Assembly (NCBI GenBank): GCA_964504535.1
Contig: CAZDED010000003.1
Coordinates: 70,850 to 134,849 of the forward strand
Origin: an uncultured Gammaproteobacteria bacterium
GTDB lineage: Bacteria; Patescibacteriota; Microgenomatia; Levybacterales; GWA1-39-11
Length of the DNA stretch: 64,000 nucleotides
Direction of reading: 5' to 3'
The notes below the pieces were generated by a model. It saw only the letters and a list, made by a program, of their open reading frames with translations. It had not been told where the DNA came from and did not search any database. Below are positions 48,133 through 58,132 of this stretch, piece after piece (position 1 is the stretch's first letter; each line of letters starts with the position of its first letter). The position numbers and the translations under genes were made by a program.

Positions 48133-49545
48133 CTAGCTGGAGATATTGATTTCAACTGTCACTTTTTTCCCTATAATATTTTCTGCTGATTTCAGAAGAT
48201 CCGGATATACTTTTTCAGACTTTAGACGCTCGGCATGGATCGGAAATGGCGTTTGAATCAACAAAGCCCCACCGTCCAAACTTGCTTCTTTTGCCGAACG
48301 TAATAATGCAGCACCCGGCTTGTTGACCTCATTGAGACTTGCAATCAAATCCGCTAAAAGATTGGAATTAGAATTAGGGGTTTTGGATTCTTTCTTTTTT
48401 TCTCCTGACTCTTGCCTATTTCCTTCTGTCTTGTGACTAGTGTCTAATGTCTTTTGTCTTGCGTCTCCCGTCTCCTGCTTACTATCCCCTGCACCCTGTA
48501 CCCTGTCAATGATGCAGTACTTAACCGTCATAAGCTCTAAAGGAAGCTGGGGGATAACAGACATTCTGAGCTCTCCATATGCTTCGTTGGCAAGTTCCAA
48601 AAGATTTTTGATGCTACTTATCTCCAAACCTTTAATGTCCATTACATCACTTTCTATCCCGTTTCTTATCATAAGTAACCCCCTAAGATGATCAACTAAT
48701 TTTTCAATAACTATCTTAAAATCCGCACCAGAATCATTTAACGTGCTTATTGTACGAAGAGCCTCTCTTGCATTCTTTGAAGCATATGCCTCAAGTAACG
48801 CAACTACTTCATTGTTCATTCCCTTTATACGGAATGTTTTTTCGAATAGATCAATTGTAATCTGCTTGCCTTTCGAAGAAAGGGATAACTCTTCCAGTAG
48901 CTTTGCTCCATCCCGAAAGCTACCTTCAGAAATTTTATATATCTCTTTCAGAACTTCTTCATCAATTTTTAATTTTTCGCCCTCAACAATCCTTTTTAAT
49001 GAGTGGACCAGCTCCTCTTCGGTTGGTTTTTCGAATTGGACCTGGAAAGTTCGAGATATTACAGTTGCTGGCAGCTTTTGGAGTTCTGTAGTTGCCAAAA
49101 CAAAAACAACATGGGAAGGTGGTTCTTCCAAGGTCTTAAGTAATGCATTGAAGGCACCAGTTGATAACATATGCACTTCGTCGATGATGTATACCTTTTT
49201 TTTAAGGGTTGACGATGCAAATTTTACCCGCTCACGAAGCGTACGCATCTCCTCTACTCCCCCATTTGAAGCAGCATCAATTTCTAAAACATCAATATTT
49301 GAACCATTGGTGATGGAAACGCAATTTTCGCAAACATTACACGGCTCAATTCCTTTGGGAGTTAAACAGTTGATTGATTTTGCTAAAATTCGGGCTGATG
49401 ATGTCTTCCCAAGACCCTTACTACCGGTAAATAAAAATGCATGTGGAATTTCTTTTGAGGAAAGAATGGCGGTCAACTTTTCCCGGACGCTAAAAAGATC
49501 AAGATCTGAGATTGTTTGGGGGCGGTATTTTCGATAGTAAACCAT
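48133..49545 (-). CDS. dnaX: DNA polymerase III subunit gamma/tau
   Basis: MVYYRKYRPQTISDL; Walker A GSKGLGKTSSAR; Zn module CNVCENC. Confidence 0.9.
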   Translation of the reverse strand: MVYYRKYRPQTISDLDLFSVREKLTAILSSKEIPHAFLFTGSKGLGKTSSARILAKSINCLTPKGIEPCNVCENCVSITNGSNIDVLEIDAASNGGVEEMRTLRERVKFASSTLKKKVYIIDEVHMLSTGAFNALLKTLEEPPSHVVFVLATTELQKLPATVISRTFQVQFEKPTEEELVHSLKRIVEGEKLKIDEEVLKEIYKISEGSFRDGAKLLEELSLSSKGKQITIDLFEKTFRIKGMNNEVVALLEAYASKNAREALRTISTLNDSGADFKIVIEKLVDHLRGLLMIRNGIESDVMDIKGLEISSIKNLLELANEAYGELRMSVIPQLPLELMTVKYCIIDRVQGAGDSKQETGDARQKTLDTSHKTEGNRQESGEKKKESKTPNSNSNLLADLIASLNEVNKPGAALLRSAKEASLDGGALLIQTPFPIHAERLKSEKVYPDLLKSAENIIGKKVTVEINISS

Positions 49546-49644
49546 AGAATATGACTAGTTATAAGGATTAGTTGTTAGTTTATAACTTAATTACATTAAA
49601 GAATCAAACAGCATTCAACTATTCGTATTCCTGACAGCTAGTAA

Positions 49645-50031
49645 CTATCTGTGATGAAATCCTAGAAGGTGCATGAGGCTATGTTCTACTAATTCGTCAA
49701 CTCGGTCGTCAATGAGCATGTTGTCACGAGCACACTCCTCTATAACTTTAGGGTAAGAAAGGACAATATCTCCCAGATAGAGCTTGTCTGGAGGTTGCAT
49801 GACACCATCCCCTTCGGTTTGGGAAAATGAAAGAACATTTGTTGATTTGTCGATATCTCTATATTTCTTATTGAGAGCCCTCATCTTTCGGTTTCCGATA
49901 ACGGCAATACTGACATCCACAGGACTTGTTATGTGCTGTTTTAACAGAACTTTAATAACGGTATCCTTAATCCTTTTTCGATTAATTTTATACCGGCTTT
50001 CCACATAAATCGGGATAGAGATAGAATTCAT
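49645..50031 (-). CDS. ybeY: rRNA maturation endoribonuclease YbeY
   Basis: HSLMHLLGFHH zinc motif. Confidence 0.7.
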   Translation of the reverse strand: MNSISIPIYVESRYKINRKRIKDTVIKVLLKQHITSPVDVSIAVIGNRKMRALNKKYRDIDKSTNVLSFSQTEGDGVMQPPDKLYLGDIVLSYPKVIEECARDNMLIDDRVDELVEHSLMHLLGFHHR

Positions 50032-50053
50032 GATAACTATTAACTTCTGACTG

Positions 50054-50239
50054 CTAGTATTGATTGTGCTTTGCCATTTTTTGCTTCAGTGCTTTTTTGA
50101 ATTTTTTTGCCAATGAAGGCTTAAGATGAAATTCTCTTTTTTTCATCTCATGAATAATACCCTCGCTCATAACTTTGCGAGAAAATTTTCTGATCATAGC
50201 ATCTGGGCTGTCGCCAGGTTGTTTTTTAATAAAAACCAT
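50054..50239 (-). CDS. rpsU: 30S ribosomal protein S21
   Basis: 61 aa basic; MVFIKKQPGDSPDAMIRKFSRKV; RBS AAGGAGGTG. Confidence 0.8.
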   Translation of the reverse strand: MVFIKKQPGDSPDAMIRKFSRKVMSEGIIHEMKKREFHLKPSLAKKFKKALKQKMAKHNQY

Positions 50240-50479
50240 AGAATAAAAACACCTCCTTAAAACACTTGTACTTACTACAAGATACGGTAATTATACCTCA
50301 AAAGCTTTTCAAAAAAAACTAATAGATTTTGAGGTACTAGCTTTGCTTATATCTCAACTTCATCAAAATATAAATACGTGCATTGAGATAGAGAACGATA
50401 GGGCTCATACCTCAAACTCATTTTCAAATAAAACTACCTTGAAATATGTTTATTCATATCCTATAATCTCTTTACCGTA

Positions 50480-51250
50480 AACGCTTTCCCGCTTATACGG
50501 GCACTTTTATATACATTTGCATGTTCCACCCGCTTGTCGGGTGTTTCATAATCCATATGAAGAGGTTAGACATGTAGGAGCGCCCACACAGCCGCATCAT
50601 CATCAGAAGCAGGCAGACACCCGTAAGGGTCTGTCCGACAACATCAAGCCTGCCATCTTGGCGGTAACGTCTGAATACTCAAGTGGGTGATGGACGGGGG
50701 GACTGACCCCGTCCTGATCCTCAGATAGGGATTTAGTGGGTTACCTGATTCACGAATATCAGGTAATTTTCGCTGAGTTTCTACCAACACCCTTGATCGC
50801 ACGTGATCCAGAAGTTTTAGTTGCACATAGATGTGACTATTCCTCCGACTTGAGTTATAGGCTGGATCTCTGGCCTAGCCCTATCCGCTTTTCCCGCTGC
50901 AGATAAGCAGCACGATTTAGGAAAGTGGGAGAGGCCACTTTCAAACGGGACGAGCCAACTACCTCTGGGTTTCTACCGTCTTGTCGGCTCGTCCCACCTC
51001 TAGACGGGTTCAGTGCAGGCGTAAGGGCCTGCACTTCCCCTCTTCCCGGGGGGAGGTGGGTGCGATACCACCTCCCCCTATGGGGACATGCAAATGACTA
51101 GACACATCCTGTCTGCCATCGCTTAATGAGCGCAAGCGAAATTGGGCGGACCGTGATTGATCAGGGAGCTTTTTTAGGCTCCCAATTCTTGCTCCCGCCG
51201 GCGCCTCTGACAGAGAACCGGCGGGAGTCATACAACAATTTCCCACACAA
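50480..51250 (+). ncRNA. GC-rich, ORF-free, hairpin-dense candidate large structured ncRNA of unknown class (strand assigned from GNRA tetraloop orientation)
   Basis: >=8 stem-loops seen directly (e.g. 50614-50633, 50694-50716, 50925-50945, 50947-50995, 51010-51035, 51163-51183, 51192-51222); GUAA/GCAA loops. Confidence 0.45.
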
Positions 51251-51285
51251 AAATTTCTGTTTAAAGTTTGAAATAATCGTTTAGG

Positions 51286-51618
51286 TTACTTAATTGGCGC
51301 TTGTAGCCCCGTTGGACCAATGAGGTGAAAATGAAGATGATTGATGACTTGCCCGCCTCCGGCATTTACTAATATTTTATACCCTTTTCCAACCAAATCT
51401 GTTTCATCAACTATTTTTTGGATACCTTTCCTAACAGAAGACAAAACATCATCGTCATGCAAATCTTCAAAAGCTCCATAATGCTCTTTACTTATGAAAA
51501 GCACATGGATTTTTGCAACAGGATGGATATCATCAAATGCCAAGACATTTTCGTCCTTAAATCTAAAGTCCTTCGGAATTTCCCCTTTAACAATCTCGCA
51601 AAAAATACAATCATTCAT
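51286..51618 (-). CDS. HIT-family (histidine triad) nucleotide hydrolase
   Basis: HLHFHLIG histidine triad. Confidence 0.8.
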   Translation of the reverse strand: MNDCIFCEIVKGEIPKDFRFKDENVLAFDDIHPVAKIHVLFISKEHYGAFEDLHDDDVLSSVRKGIQKIVDETDLVGKGYKILVNAGGGQVINHLHFHLIGPTGLQAPIK

Positions 51619-51653
51619 AATATAGTTATATTAACCAATGCTACTTAATATGT

Positions 51654-52211
51654 CTACCACCCGCTACTTTTATTTACAGTTTGAGAGACTAAAGGATGTG
51701 GGGCGGTTTCAGAATATGTAATGCCCCCACGCCCAGAGTCTCTAGCAAAAGCCAAATTTACATCCACAAGTTCGGGCAAATACAGCATATCCCTTCGCAA
51801 AACACTATTCAATGCATCTAACTCAACTACTGAAAGGGAAAGGGACACATTGCCGTCTTCATTTAGGACTGCATCCGAGATACACGTTAACATGCTTCCT
51901 TTTCTACTTTCACAAAGCGGATACTCTAGATCCCTTCTCATCGGTTCATTCTTAGAACCGTATGCAGCATTTTTGATATTCGCATAAGTATCGTAACTTA
52001 AAGTAAAAGGAATTCTCATATCATCTTTGTGAGGAGTTCCAGACAAAAGGCTGACTCCTGTTTCAACACTTCTTTTCCATTCTTCCATCTGATCTTTAAC
52101 TTTCTTGTCGACAGCTTTTGAGGTTTCCTCCATTTCGTATATACCACTTGCAAGCTTTTCAGCTTCAGCAACTGCTCTTCTCTTTTCTCTTATTCTTTCT
52201 ATTCCGAACAT
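51654..52211 (-). CDS. hypothetical protein
   Basis: ORF track. Confidence 0.4.
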   Translation of the reverse strand: MFGIERIREKRRAVAEAEKLASGIYEMEETSKAVDKKVKDQMEEWKRSVETGVSLLSGTPHKDDMRIPFTLSYDTYANIKNAAYGSKNEPMRRDLEYPLCESRKGSMLTCISDAVLNEDGNVSLSLSVVELDALNSVLRRDMLYLPELVDVNLAFARDSGRGGITYSETAPHPLVSQTVNKSSGW

Positions 52212-52213
52212 AT

Positions 52214-53314
52214 TTATCTACCAATTTTAAACTCCACTACGTCTCCATCGTGCATAGTGTATTCTTTCCCTTGAAGACCTGCTTTTCCTTTTTCCCGTGC
52301 CCCTTTCCATCCTCCACACTCCACAAAATCGTCGTATTCCACAATTTCTGCCTTTATAAATTTTGCCATAAAATCAGTGTGTATTTCCCCAGCTGCCTCA
52401 ACTGCTGTAGCTCCAATTTTGATAGTCCATGCTCTTACTTCTTTTTCTCCACAGGTCAGAAAACTCATAAGCCCCAATTTCTCGTACGCTTTCTGGATAA
52501 GACGCTCTAACCCGGACCTTTCAACACCTAGCTCTTTGAGGTATTCTTTTGCATCCTCATCCCCAAGCTCAGCAAGCTCACTCTCGATCTTTGCTGACAC
52601 TACAACCATGTTACTTTTTTCCATTCCTAAAATCTTGCTGTATTCCGCGATGACAGCGTCAAATTTACTTTCAGAATACGAGTCTTCACTAACATTCAGG
52701 ACCATAATTTCAGGTTTTGAAGTAAGGAGAGACAATTGGATGACTACTGCCTCCTCACCTCTAGTAAGAAGTGCCGTTCTGGCCGGAAGTCCTGTATTCA
52801 TATGCATCCTGAGTTTTGTAACTGCAGAACTCAGAACGGTATCAGTTCTTAAAGTTTTTTCATTAATTTTGGAAAGCGTGTCAAGATCAGCTAAGATAAG
52901 CTCAGTTATAATTGTTTCATAATCCTCTTTAACCCCGACTGACCCTTCCCGAATCACATCTTTATCTTCAAAAGCACGAACAACGTGAGCTATAACCCGC
53001 ACTTCCCTGATGTGTGACAGAAATTTATTTCCCAATCCCTCTCCAGAGGATGCGCCTTTGACAAGTCCTGCAATATCAACAAACTCAACCATTGCCGGTT
53101 TTATTGGGGGAAGATCACTCATGCCTACTTCCTCTTTAGTAATTTCTGCCAGACGGGTAAGTCGATCATCGGGAACGGGAACTATCCCAACATTTGGTTC
53201 TATCGTTGCAAAAGGATAGTTTGCAGCCAGAGCTGCCTGTTTTTTGAGAAGTGCATTGAACAATGTTGACTTTCCAACATTTGGCAACCCAACAATCCCG
53301 ACAGAGATATTCAT
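52214..53314 (-). CDS. ychF: ribosome-binding ATPase YchF (Obg-family GTPase)
   Basis: [18 protein letters not shown]1 motif; start taken at [10 protein letters not shown] (track ORF extends to 53458). Confidence 0.85.
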   Translation of the reverse strand: MNISVGIVGLPNVGKSTLFNALLKKQAALAANYPFATIEPNVGIVPVPDDRLTRLAEITKEEVGMSDLPPIKPAMVEFVDIAGLVKGASSGEGLGNKFLSHIREVRVIAHVVRAFEDKDVIREGSVGVKEDYETIITELILADLDTLSKINEKTLRTDTVLSSAVTKLRMHMNTGLPARTALLTRGEEAVVIQLSLLTSKPEIMVLNVSEDSYSESKFDAVIAEYSKILGMEKSNMVVVSAKIESELAELGDEDAKEYLKELGVERSGLERLIQKAYEKLGLMSFLTCGEKEVRAWTIKIGATAVEAAGEIHTDFMAKFIKAEIVEYDDFVECGGWKGAREKGKAGLQGKEYTMHDGDVVEFKIGR

Positions 53315-53487
53315 GAGGGTAATTATAGCATGCTTAAGACTCTGCCTATATCTCATGTCTCTCACCCAGTAGGATTTATGTCCTCCTTTACCCTTGTGGT
53401 ATAATCGGACAGTTATTGTGCACTCTGCGACTTGAGCGGAAAATGCACGACAGCACATTCAAAATTGGTCGAAAGAAAGGGCACTCA

Positions 53488-54015
53488 ATGCTCACTGTCA
53501 TTCTCGTTGCTCTCACAGGACTACTTCTTGGCGTGTACCTTGCTCGCCGCCATCATGAACAAACCGGAACCAGTATCTGGTTCGGCATGATCGGTATCAT
53601 GTTCGGAACAACCGTTGGACTCATCATCGCCACAGTCTGGGGCAACTCCAGTCCCACGAAATGGGAGGAAGTCAACAGGAGAGAGCTTTACGGCCTCTCA
53701 AACGGCCTCAGCGCAACGGGAGGAGGACGCGTATATGTACGTATCTCTCCTACCAACGCGTACACCTATTGGTATCCTGTCAAGAATGACATCAACGGTA
53801 TTCCCGTTGAGGACTCGTTCCGCTCAGAAACCGCTTGGGGAAACGTTCAGATCATCCAAGAGGAGCGCCAAGGCGGTATTCTGGTCATCTATCAAAAGGT
53901 GTGCGCCAAAAATGCTTATGATCTGTGGAGATTCTGCAGTATCGAAAGCAACAACCGCCAATACTCCTTCTATGTTCCGAAAGGAACAGTAGCTGGAACG
54001 TACGAGCTCAAGTAA
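53488..54015 (+). CDS. GC-elevated membrane-anchored protein (2 N-terminal TM plus beta-rich domain), unknown
   Basis: ATG 53488 with AAGAAAGGG upstream; followed by 12-bp GC hairpin at ~54018-54045. Confidence 0.45.
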   Translation: MLTVILVALTGLLLGVYLARRHHEQTGTSIWFGMIGIMFGTTVGLIIATVWGNSSPTKWEEVNRRELYGLSNGLSATGGGRVYVRISPTNAYTYWYPVKNDINGIPVEDSFRSETAWGNVQIIQEERQGGILVIYQKVCAKNAYDLWRFCSIESNNRQYSFYVPKGTVAGTYELK

Positions 54016-54190
54016 TCGACCAACGCCGGGGTATGCACAAGCATATCCCGGCACCCACACTGTTTCCTCAAAATGCTTTGCATTTTTAAACGTTCACAAA
54101 AGTTTATTTCGGGATATTTTTCTCGATATGATTTCCCCATGCCTAAATAGACCAGATAAAATTCTGGTCCATATTTACCATTCGAAATAG

Positions 54191-54634
54191 TCACTCATTT
54201 TTTCTACGTATATCTAATAGATGTTGGTATTGCCATTCCCTTTCTTTTGAGATCTGCTCATCAGTAGCACCATTTCCTTCGAGAGCTTTTATGGAATAGT
54301 AAACAGGCCCTAGGGCATGGGTCTTCACATGCGCAGTTGCTACAGCCTGTCCGCATGCACGTGCTGCAAAACGTGCTGGACTGTCCTTTCCTACTTCTCG
54401 GGCTGCAGCATGTGCATTAAGCGATGCTTTTCTAATAACTAACATATGAAATTCACCAGTTGAAATCCAGTCCTGCAATGTTTGCAATGCAATTAGTGGC
54501 CGCTTGTCTTTTGGGAGTTCTTTTTCAAAAAGAGGAAGTATGCGACAGGACACATCATATGCCCACATCGCCAAAATTTTCTTATCACACTCTCCTACCA
54601 ATTTTTCGAGTTCTTCTGGAAAGAAGTTTTTCAT
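54191..54634 (-). CDS. hypothetical alpha-helical protein
   Basis: ORF track. Confidence 0.4.
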   Translation of the reverse strand: MKNFFPEELEKLVGECDKKILAMWAYDVSCRILPLFEKELPKDKRPLIALQTLQDWISTGEFHMLVIRKASLNAHAAAREVGKDSPARFAARACGQAVATAHVKTHALGPVYYSIKALEGNGATDEQISKEREWQYQHLLDIRRKNE

Positions 54635-54804
54635 TAAAGCTTTAGCATTTCCAGTACTTTATAAAGTACTACTCCCGGCCAGAAAAATGCCTGAATTATA
54701 CCAACAAGTCCATCGATAAAAGATGTTGCGTGTTGGAGAAAGTATACGAGTGCACCCAAAACTCCAAGTCCATAAATAGCTCCTGATCCTGCATTATTTT
54801 TCAA
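54634..54804 (-). CDS. small TM peptide (56 aa, TTG start), TAATG-overlap coupled to downstream gene
   Basis: manual translation; GAGGTGA 8 nt upstream of TTG. Confidence 0.25.
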   Translation of the reverse strand: MKNNAGSGAIYGLGVLGALVYFLQHATSFIDGLVGIIQAFFWPGVVLYKVLEMLKL

Positions 54805-55033
54805 TTTTTACTCACCTCATTTCATTATGTAATATACTTTTAGTTGTAACGCAATCAGTTCTGAAATGCAACGATTCTCTTAGAAGTACCATCCCTCAAG
54901 AAAGTCATTACGTAACAATACAAACTTTCCTAAATAAAAGGATGGCAAATAGCGCAACAATCAGCTATATAAAAATATTAACCATCATACACTGAAGGGT
55001 AAACTGCTCTAATTAAGTAATGCTTCAGTGTCT

Positions 55034-56620
55034 CTACGAAATATTCAAAACTCCTTGTTCATTTAAATATCGAATTGACTGCTTGGCTTGCTCATTGTCG
55101 CTTGCGAGTATAGCCTGTAATTCACTGACGGGTATTGGTATTTCAGAAGATATGCCATTCTGCAATTCAACGGTCCCCAGTCTCGCCAAAATCTTAGATT
55201 TAGTCGCGTCAAAGCGAGAATAACCTTTCTTATTATACCGGGCCAAGGCATCTCTTGCTAAATCCAAGTAACCATTGTCTGTCAGCTTCTCTACCATTTC
55301 TGCTAGGTAAGACCATTTTAAATCCCAATGATCTTCGTCTTTTGGTATAGTTTCTACTGCATCTAGAGCTTGCGTAAATATTTCTGAAGCATCAAATCCT
55401 GCATCATGAGCGGCAATCGCCAGATCAAATATCATTGTAGGGGTGAACAGCCAATCATCAAATTTCTTAATAACCTCCCATGCTTTGGAAAATTGGATCT
55501 TCGCAGCTTCGAAATTTCCCACCATCGCTTCTGCATTTCCAAAAGACGAAAGAATGAAAGCATAATCAGCAGAATGCATACTGAATCTTACCTGATTTTT
55601 AGGGTCAACGGTATTTAAGACTTTAATCTCATCAACGCTCCACTTTCCATCTCCTAGGTATTCAGCTCCTTCAATTACCTTCTGAAATTGCCCTACTGTT
55701 TCTTCTATTGGTTTTCCCTGAGTAGCTTCTATCACAGCTTTACTTGCCAAAGCTTTAAGATATAAAATGCCTCCAAATTTACTTGCTAACTCAACAGCAT
55801 CATCAACTAATCCATGATCCAACTGATTTTTAATGATGTTAGTTTCCAATCCAGAAACCTTAAAATTATCATCTTCCTTTAACTTATCTACTAGTCTTAC
55901 TGCATCATCATACCATCCTACGTCTATATAAGTAGACGCCAACATACTATACCCATCGGCAACCCAAGCATCATCAAGTCGGCTCCCCAAAGCCTCTTTA
56001 AATTCCAGATTGAATTCATTTCTTGAACTATCAAGTAAATTTTCGGCAATCTCAAAACTACGTCTTGCTTCATCTACAAAGCCTGCTTGAGCATAAATGT
56101 CACCAAGTGAGTTATAGCAATAAAACTGGTCAGTATTCGCGGAAGTTGAATCTTCAACAATCTGAAGTTGCATTGAGGCTTCAGCTTTTTGAAGCATATT
56201 TGTCGGGTCCTCACCTTGGCTTGCAATGGTTCTTCCAGCTAAAAGATACCCACTATATTCCGGACGAAATGCAGAAACATTTCTTTCGGCAGTTTCATAA
56301 TTGCCCATCAAAGCATCAATATGTGCCATTCCCCATTCAATGCTACTTTTTTTATGACCACTATCGTTTATCATTCCCCGCAGCGATAAAAATACTTCTC
56401 TGTTTGTGTTTGGGGACATACTGGTGGCTGCTGCATTAATAACAGCTATCTCGACAACCCCTGGTATATGGATAGAACCATCACTGAAAGTCGTAGCTTT
56501 AACCGCTTCATTAATATGAACTTTGCCAAAATGTGTATTTATTATTCGTGCAGCAAGATCTGAATCGAGTGGTGAGATTTCTTCAGGTATCCTTTGTAAA
56601 TTAAATTCACTTTCTACCAT
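55034..56620 (-). CDS. large TPR-repeat protein
   Basis: multiple TPR-like helical hairpins. Confidence 0.5.
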   Translation of the reverse strand: MVESEFNLQRIPEEISPLDSDLAARIINTHFGKVHINEAVKATTFSDGSIHIPGVVEIAVINAAATSMSPNTNREVFLSLRGMINDSGHKKSSIEWGMAHIDALMGNYETAERNVSAFRPEYSGYLLAGRTIASQGEDPTNMLQKAEASMQLQIVEDSTSANTDQFYCYNSLGDIYAQAGFVDEARRSFEIAENLLDSSRNEFNLEFKEALGSRLDDAWVADGYSMLASTYIDVGWYDDAVRLVDKLKEDDNFKVSGLETNIIKNQLDHGLVDDAVELASKFGGILYLKALASKAVIEATQGKPIEETVGQFQKVIEGAEYLGDGKWSVDEIKVLNTVDPKNQVRFSMHSADYAFILSSFGNAEAMVGNFEAAKIQFSKAWEVIKKFDDWLFTPTMIFDLAIAAHDAGFDASEIFTQALDAVETIPKDEDHWDLKWSYLAEMVEKLTDNGYLDLARDALARYNKKGYSRFDATKSKILARLGTVELQNGISSEIPIPVSELQAILASDNEQAKQSIRYLNEQGVLNIS

Positions 56621-56830
56621 AGTTTAACTAGCATAAGAAAGAATAGCTTTATTATACACGATATGCCCATAATGTAAGAATAAACTTGTAGCGCCCTGTC
56701 ACTTAGACCATCCTGCGCTGACCCAAAATTAGACTACTTAATCGCTTTTGAAATTTAATATAAATGAAAAGGTGAGATAAAATAGCTCATTTAATTTCAA
56801 CAATACTTGAGATAAAATACGACAATTGAT

Positions 56831-58132
56831 ATGAGGTATTCAAAAAAACAACTTCTAATTATCTCTAGGAAGATTTCAACAGGTGGCAAGATAACGCCAA
56901 AAGAAATGGAGCTTATCCTTTCTTTTGAGAGGAAAGACGAAGAAGTAAAATTGGTTGGTCTTCTAAAAAAATCTGCTGTACCCCTTGGACTCACCTTAGG
57001 ATTTGCAATGGCAGTCTTTCCGCAAGTTGCTGACAATGTTTCGCACTCTCTCCCACAATGGACCAATCTTCCAGACCCTATTCATGATGGATTAAACTAC
57101 ATATGGAATATAATTGGAGACACTGTTGACCAAAAAAATGTCTTGTACCACATTCCAAATATCATTCTCTACTCTTTCGGCTTTTTGGGAATCAAAAAAT
57201 TGTTTGATGCAATTGACAGACGTACATGGGTTGATAAAGTAAATTTTGCAAAAGGAGTGCTTACCAAAAGCCTTTCTAACGGGACTCTCGATCTTGATCT
57301 TTCAAAAGGACACTCGGTTCTTTTTTCAGGAAATGGGGATTTTGTTGCTACCCAATTCGTACTCAATCACAAGACATCTGACGCAGTGACAATAGCAGGT
57401 GTAAAACCTACTTACACTAATGTATGGAATTATTATGATGCAAATTCTTCATATGACGCTCTTGAAAAAGTGATAGCAAGGGTTTGTGATAAAACAACGG
57501 GTGAATATATTTTCTTTCCTGTTAAGGATGACCAAATTTTTCTTCCTGGCTTTAATTCTTATGATCTCTCTCCACACAAACTTGATATTCTGTGTCAAGA
57601 TCTTCGGACTATTGAAAAGAACGCTAAGTGGAAAGCGAAAAGAATACTTATAGTTGGTGATAGATTTCATAAGTCCTTTGTCCAATCGGAGGACAGACGG
57701 GGAAAAATAAAAAAGAGTGAAGATGTCATATCATTAGAAACGATATCAAAGAAATATCCAAATGTGACAATTGTAGATCCGACAGATATAGTCCTTAGAA
57801 AAGTTATTGAAATTGCCAAAGGAAGAGTTATTGCATTTCGAGCAACGAAAGAAGGAATTAGTGAATACAAGAAAAGATTTTATCAAAGGCTTGATGTCTT
57901 AAATTATCAACCAAGGAAAAATTCCAAAGGGATACTAACCATCGGTTATGACCTGTTGGAGGACCAAACAGAACAACAGACATTATCTCGAAAAATAGAT
58001 GACTACTACCCGGTTGTTCTTTCAAAAAGCGTTTCAGATGCTTTGTTACGAAATGGATACTCAAAGAATGACTTTATTTATGTACCAAATCTTGTTATTG
58101 AATATCTTTCACACGAGGCCTCCCGTCAATAA
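56831..58132 (+). CDS. hypothetical protein with N-terminal TM
   Basis: ORF track. Confidence 0.4.
   Translation: MRYSKKQLLIISRKISTGGKITPKEMELILSFERKDEEVKLVGLLKKSAVPLGLTLGFAMAVFPQVADNVSHSLPQWTNLPDPIHDGLNYIWNIIGDTVDQKNVLYHIPNIILYSFGFLGIKKLFDAIDRRTWVDKVNFAKGVLTKSLSNGTLDLDLSKGHSVLFSGNGDFVATQFVLNHKTSDAVTIAGVKPTYTNVWNYYDANSSYDALEKVIARVCDKTTGEYIFFPVKDDQIFLPGFNSYDLSPHKLDILCQDLRTIEKNAKWKAKRILIVGDRFHKSFVQSEDRRGKIKKSEDVISLETISKKYPNVTIVDPTDIVLRKVIEIAKGRVIAFRATKEGISEYKKRFYQRLDVLNYQPRKNSKGILTIGYDLLEDQTEQQTLSRKIDDYYPVVLSKSVSDALLRNGYSKNDFIYVPNLVIEYLSHEASRQ

Noticed and set aside
48743-49537. 264-aa plus-strand ORF
   Set aside because: It is antisense to dnaX, which has unmistakable clamp-loader motifs, and its Ser/Phe-rich low-complexity translation is typical of an antisense artefact.
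51010-51246. 78-aa minus-strand ORF inside the GC-rich island
   Set aside because: It has no RBS, its composition is driven by the GC-rich hairpins, and the region is better explained as structured RNA.
50880-51250. RNase P RNA (rnpB) identity for the GC-rich structured island
   Set aside because: Only short similarities to CR-I (AGGAAAGU) and CR-V (ACAGAGAACCGGC) were found. The putative CR-V pairs locally (CCCGCCGG...CCGGCGGG) rather than forming the long-range P4 helix, and the motif order differs from type A or B RNase P.
50480-51250. tmRNA (ssrA) identity
   Set aside because: There is no GGAUUCGAC-type 5' motif, no T-arm/CCA-like 3' end (GGUUCGANUCC...CCACCA), and no tag-peptide reading frame ending in AA-stop on either strand.
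52377-52922. 181-aa plus-strand ORF
   Set aside because: It is antisense to ychF and has no motifs or RBS.
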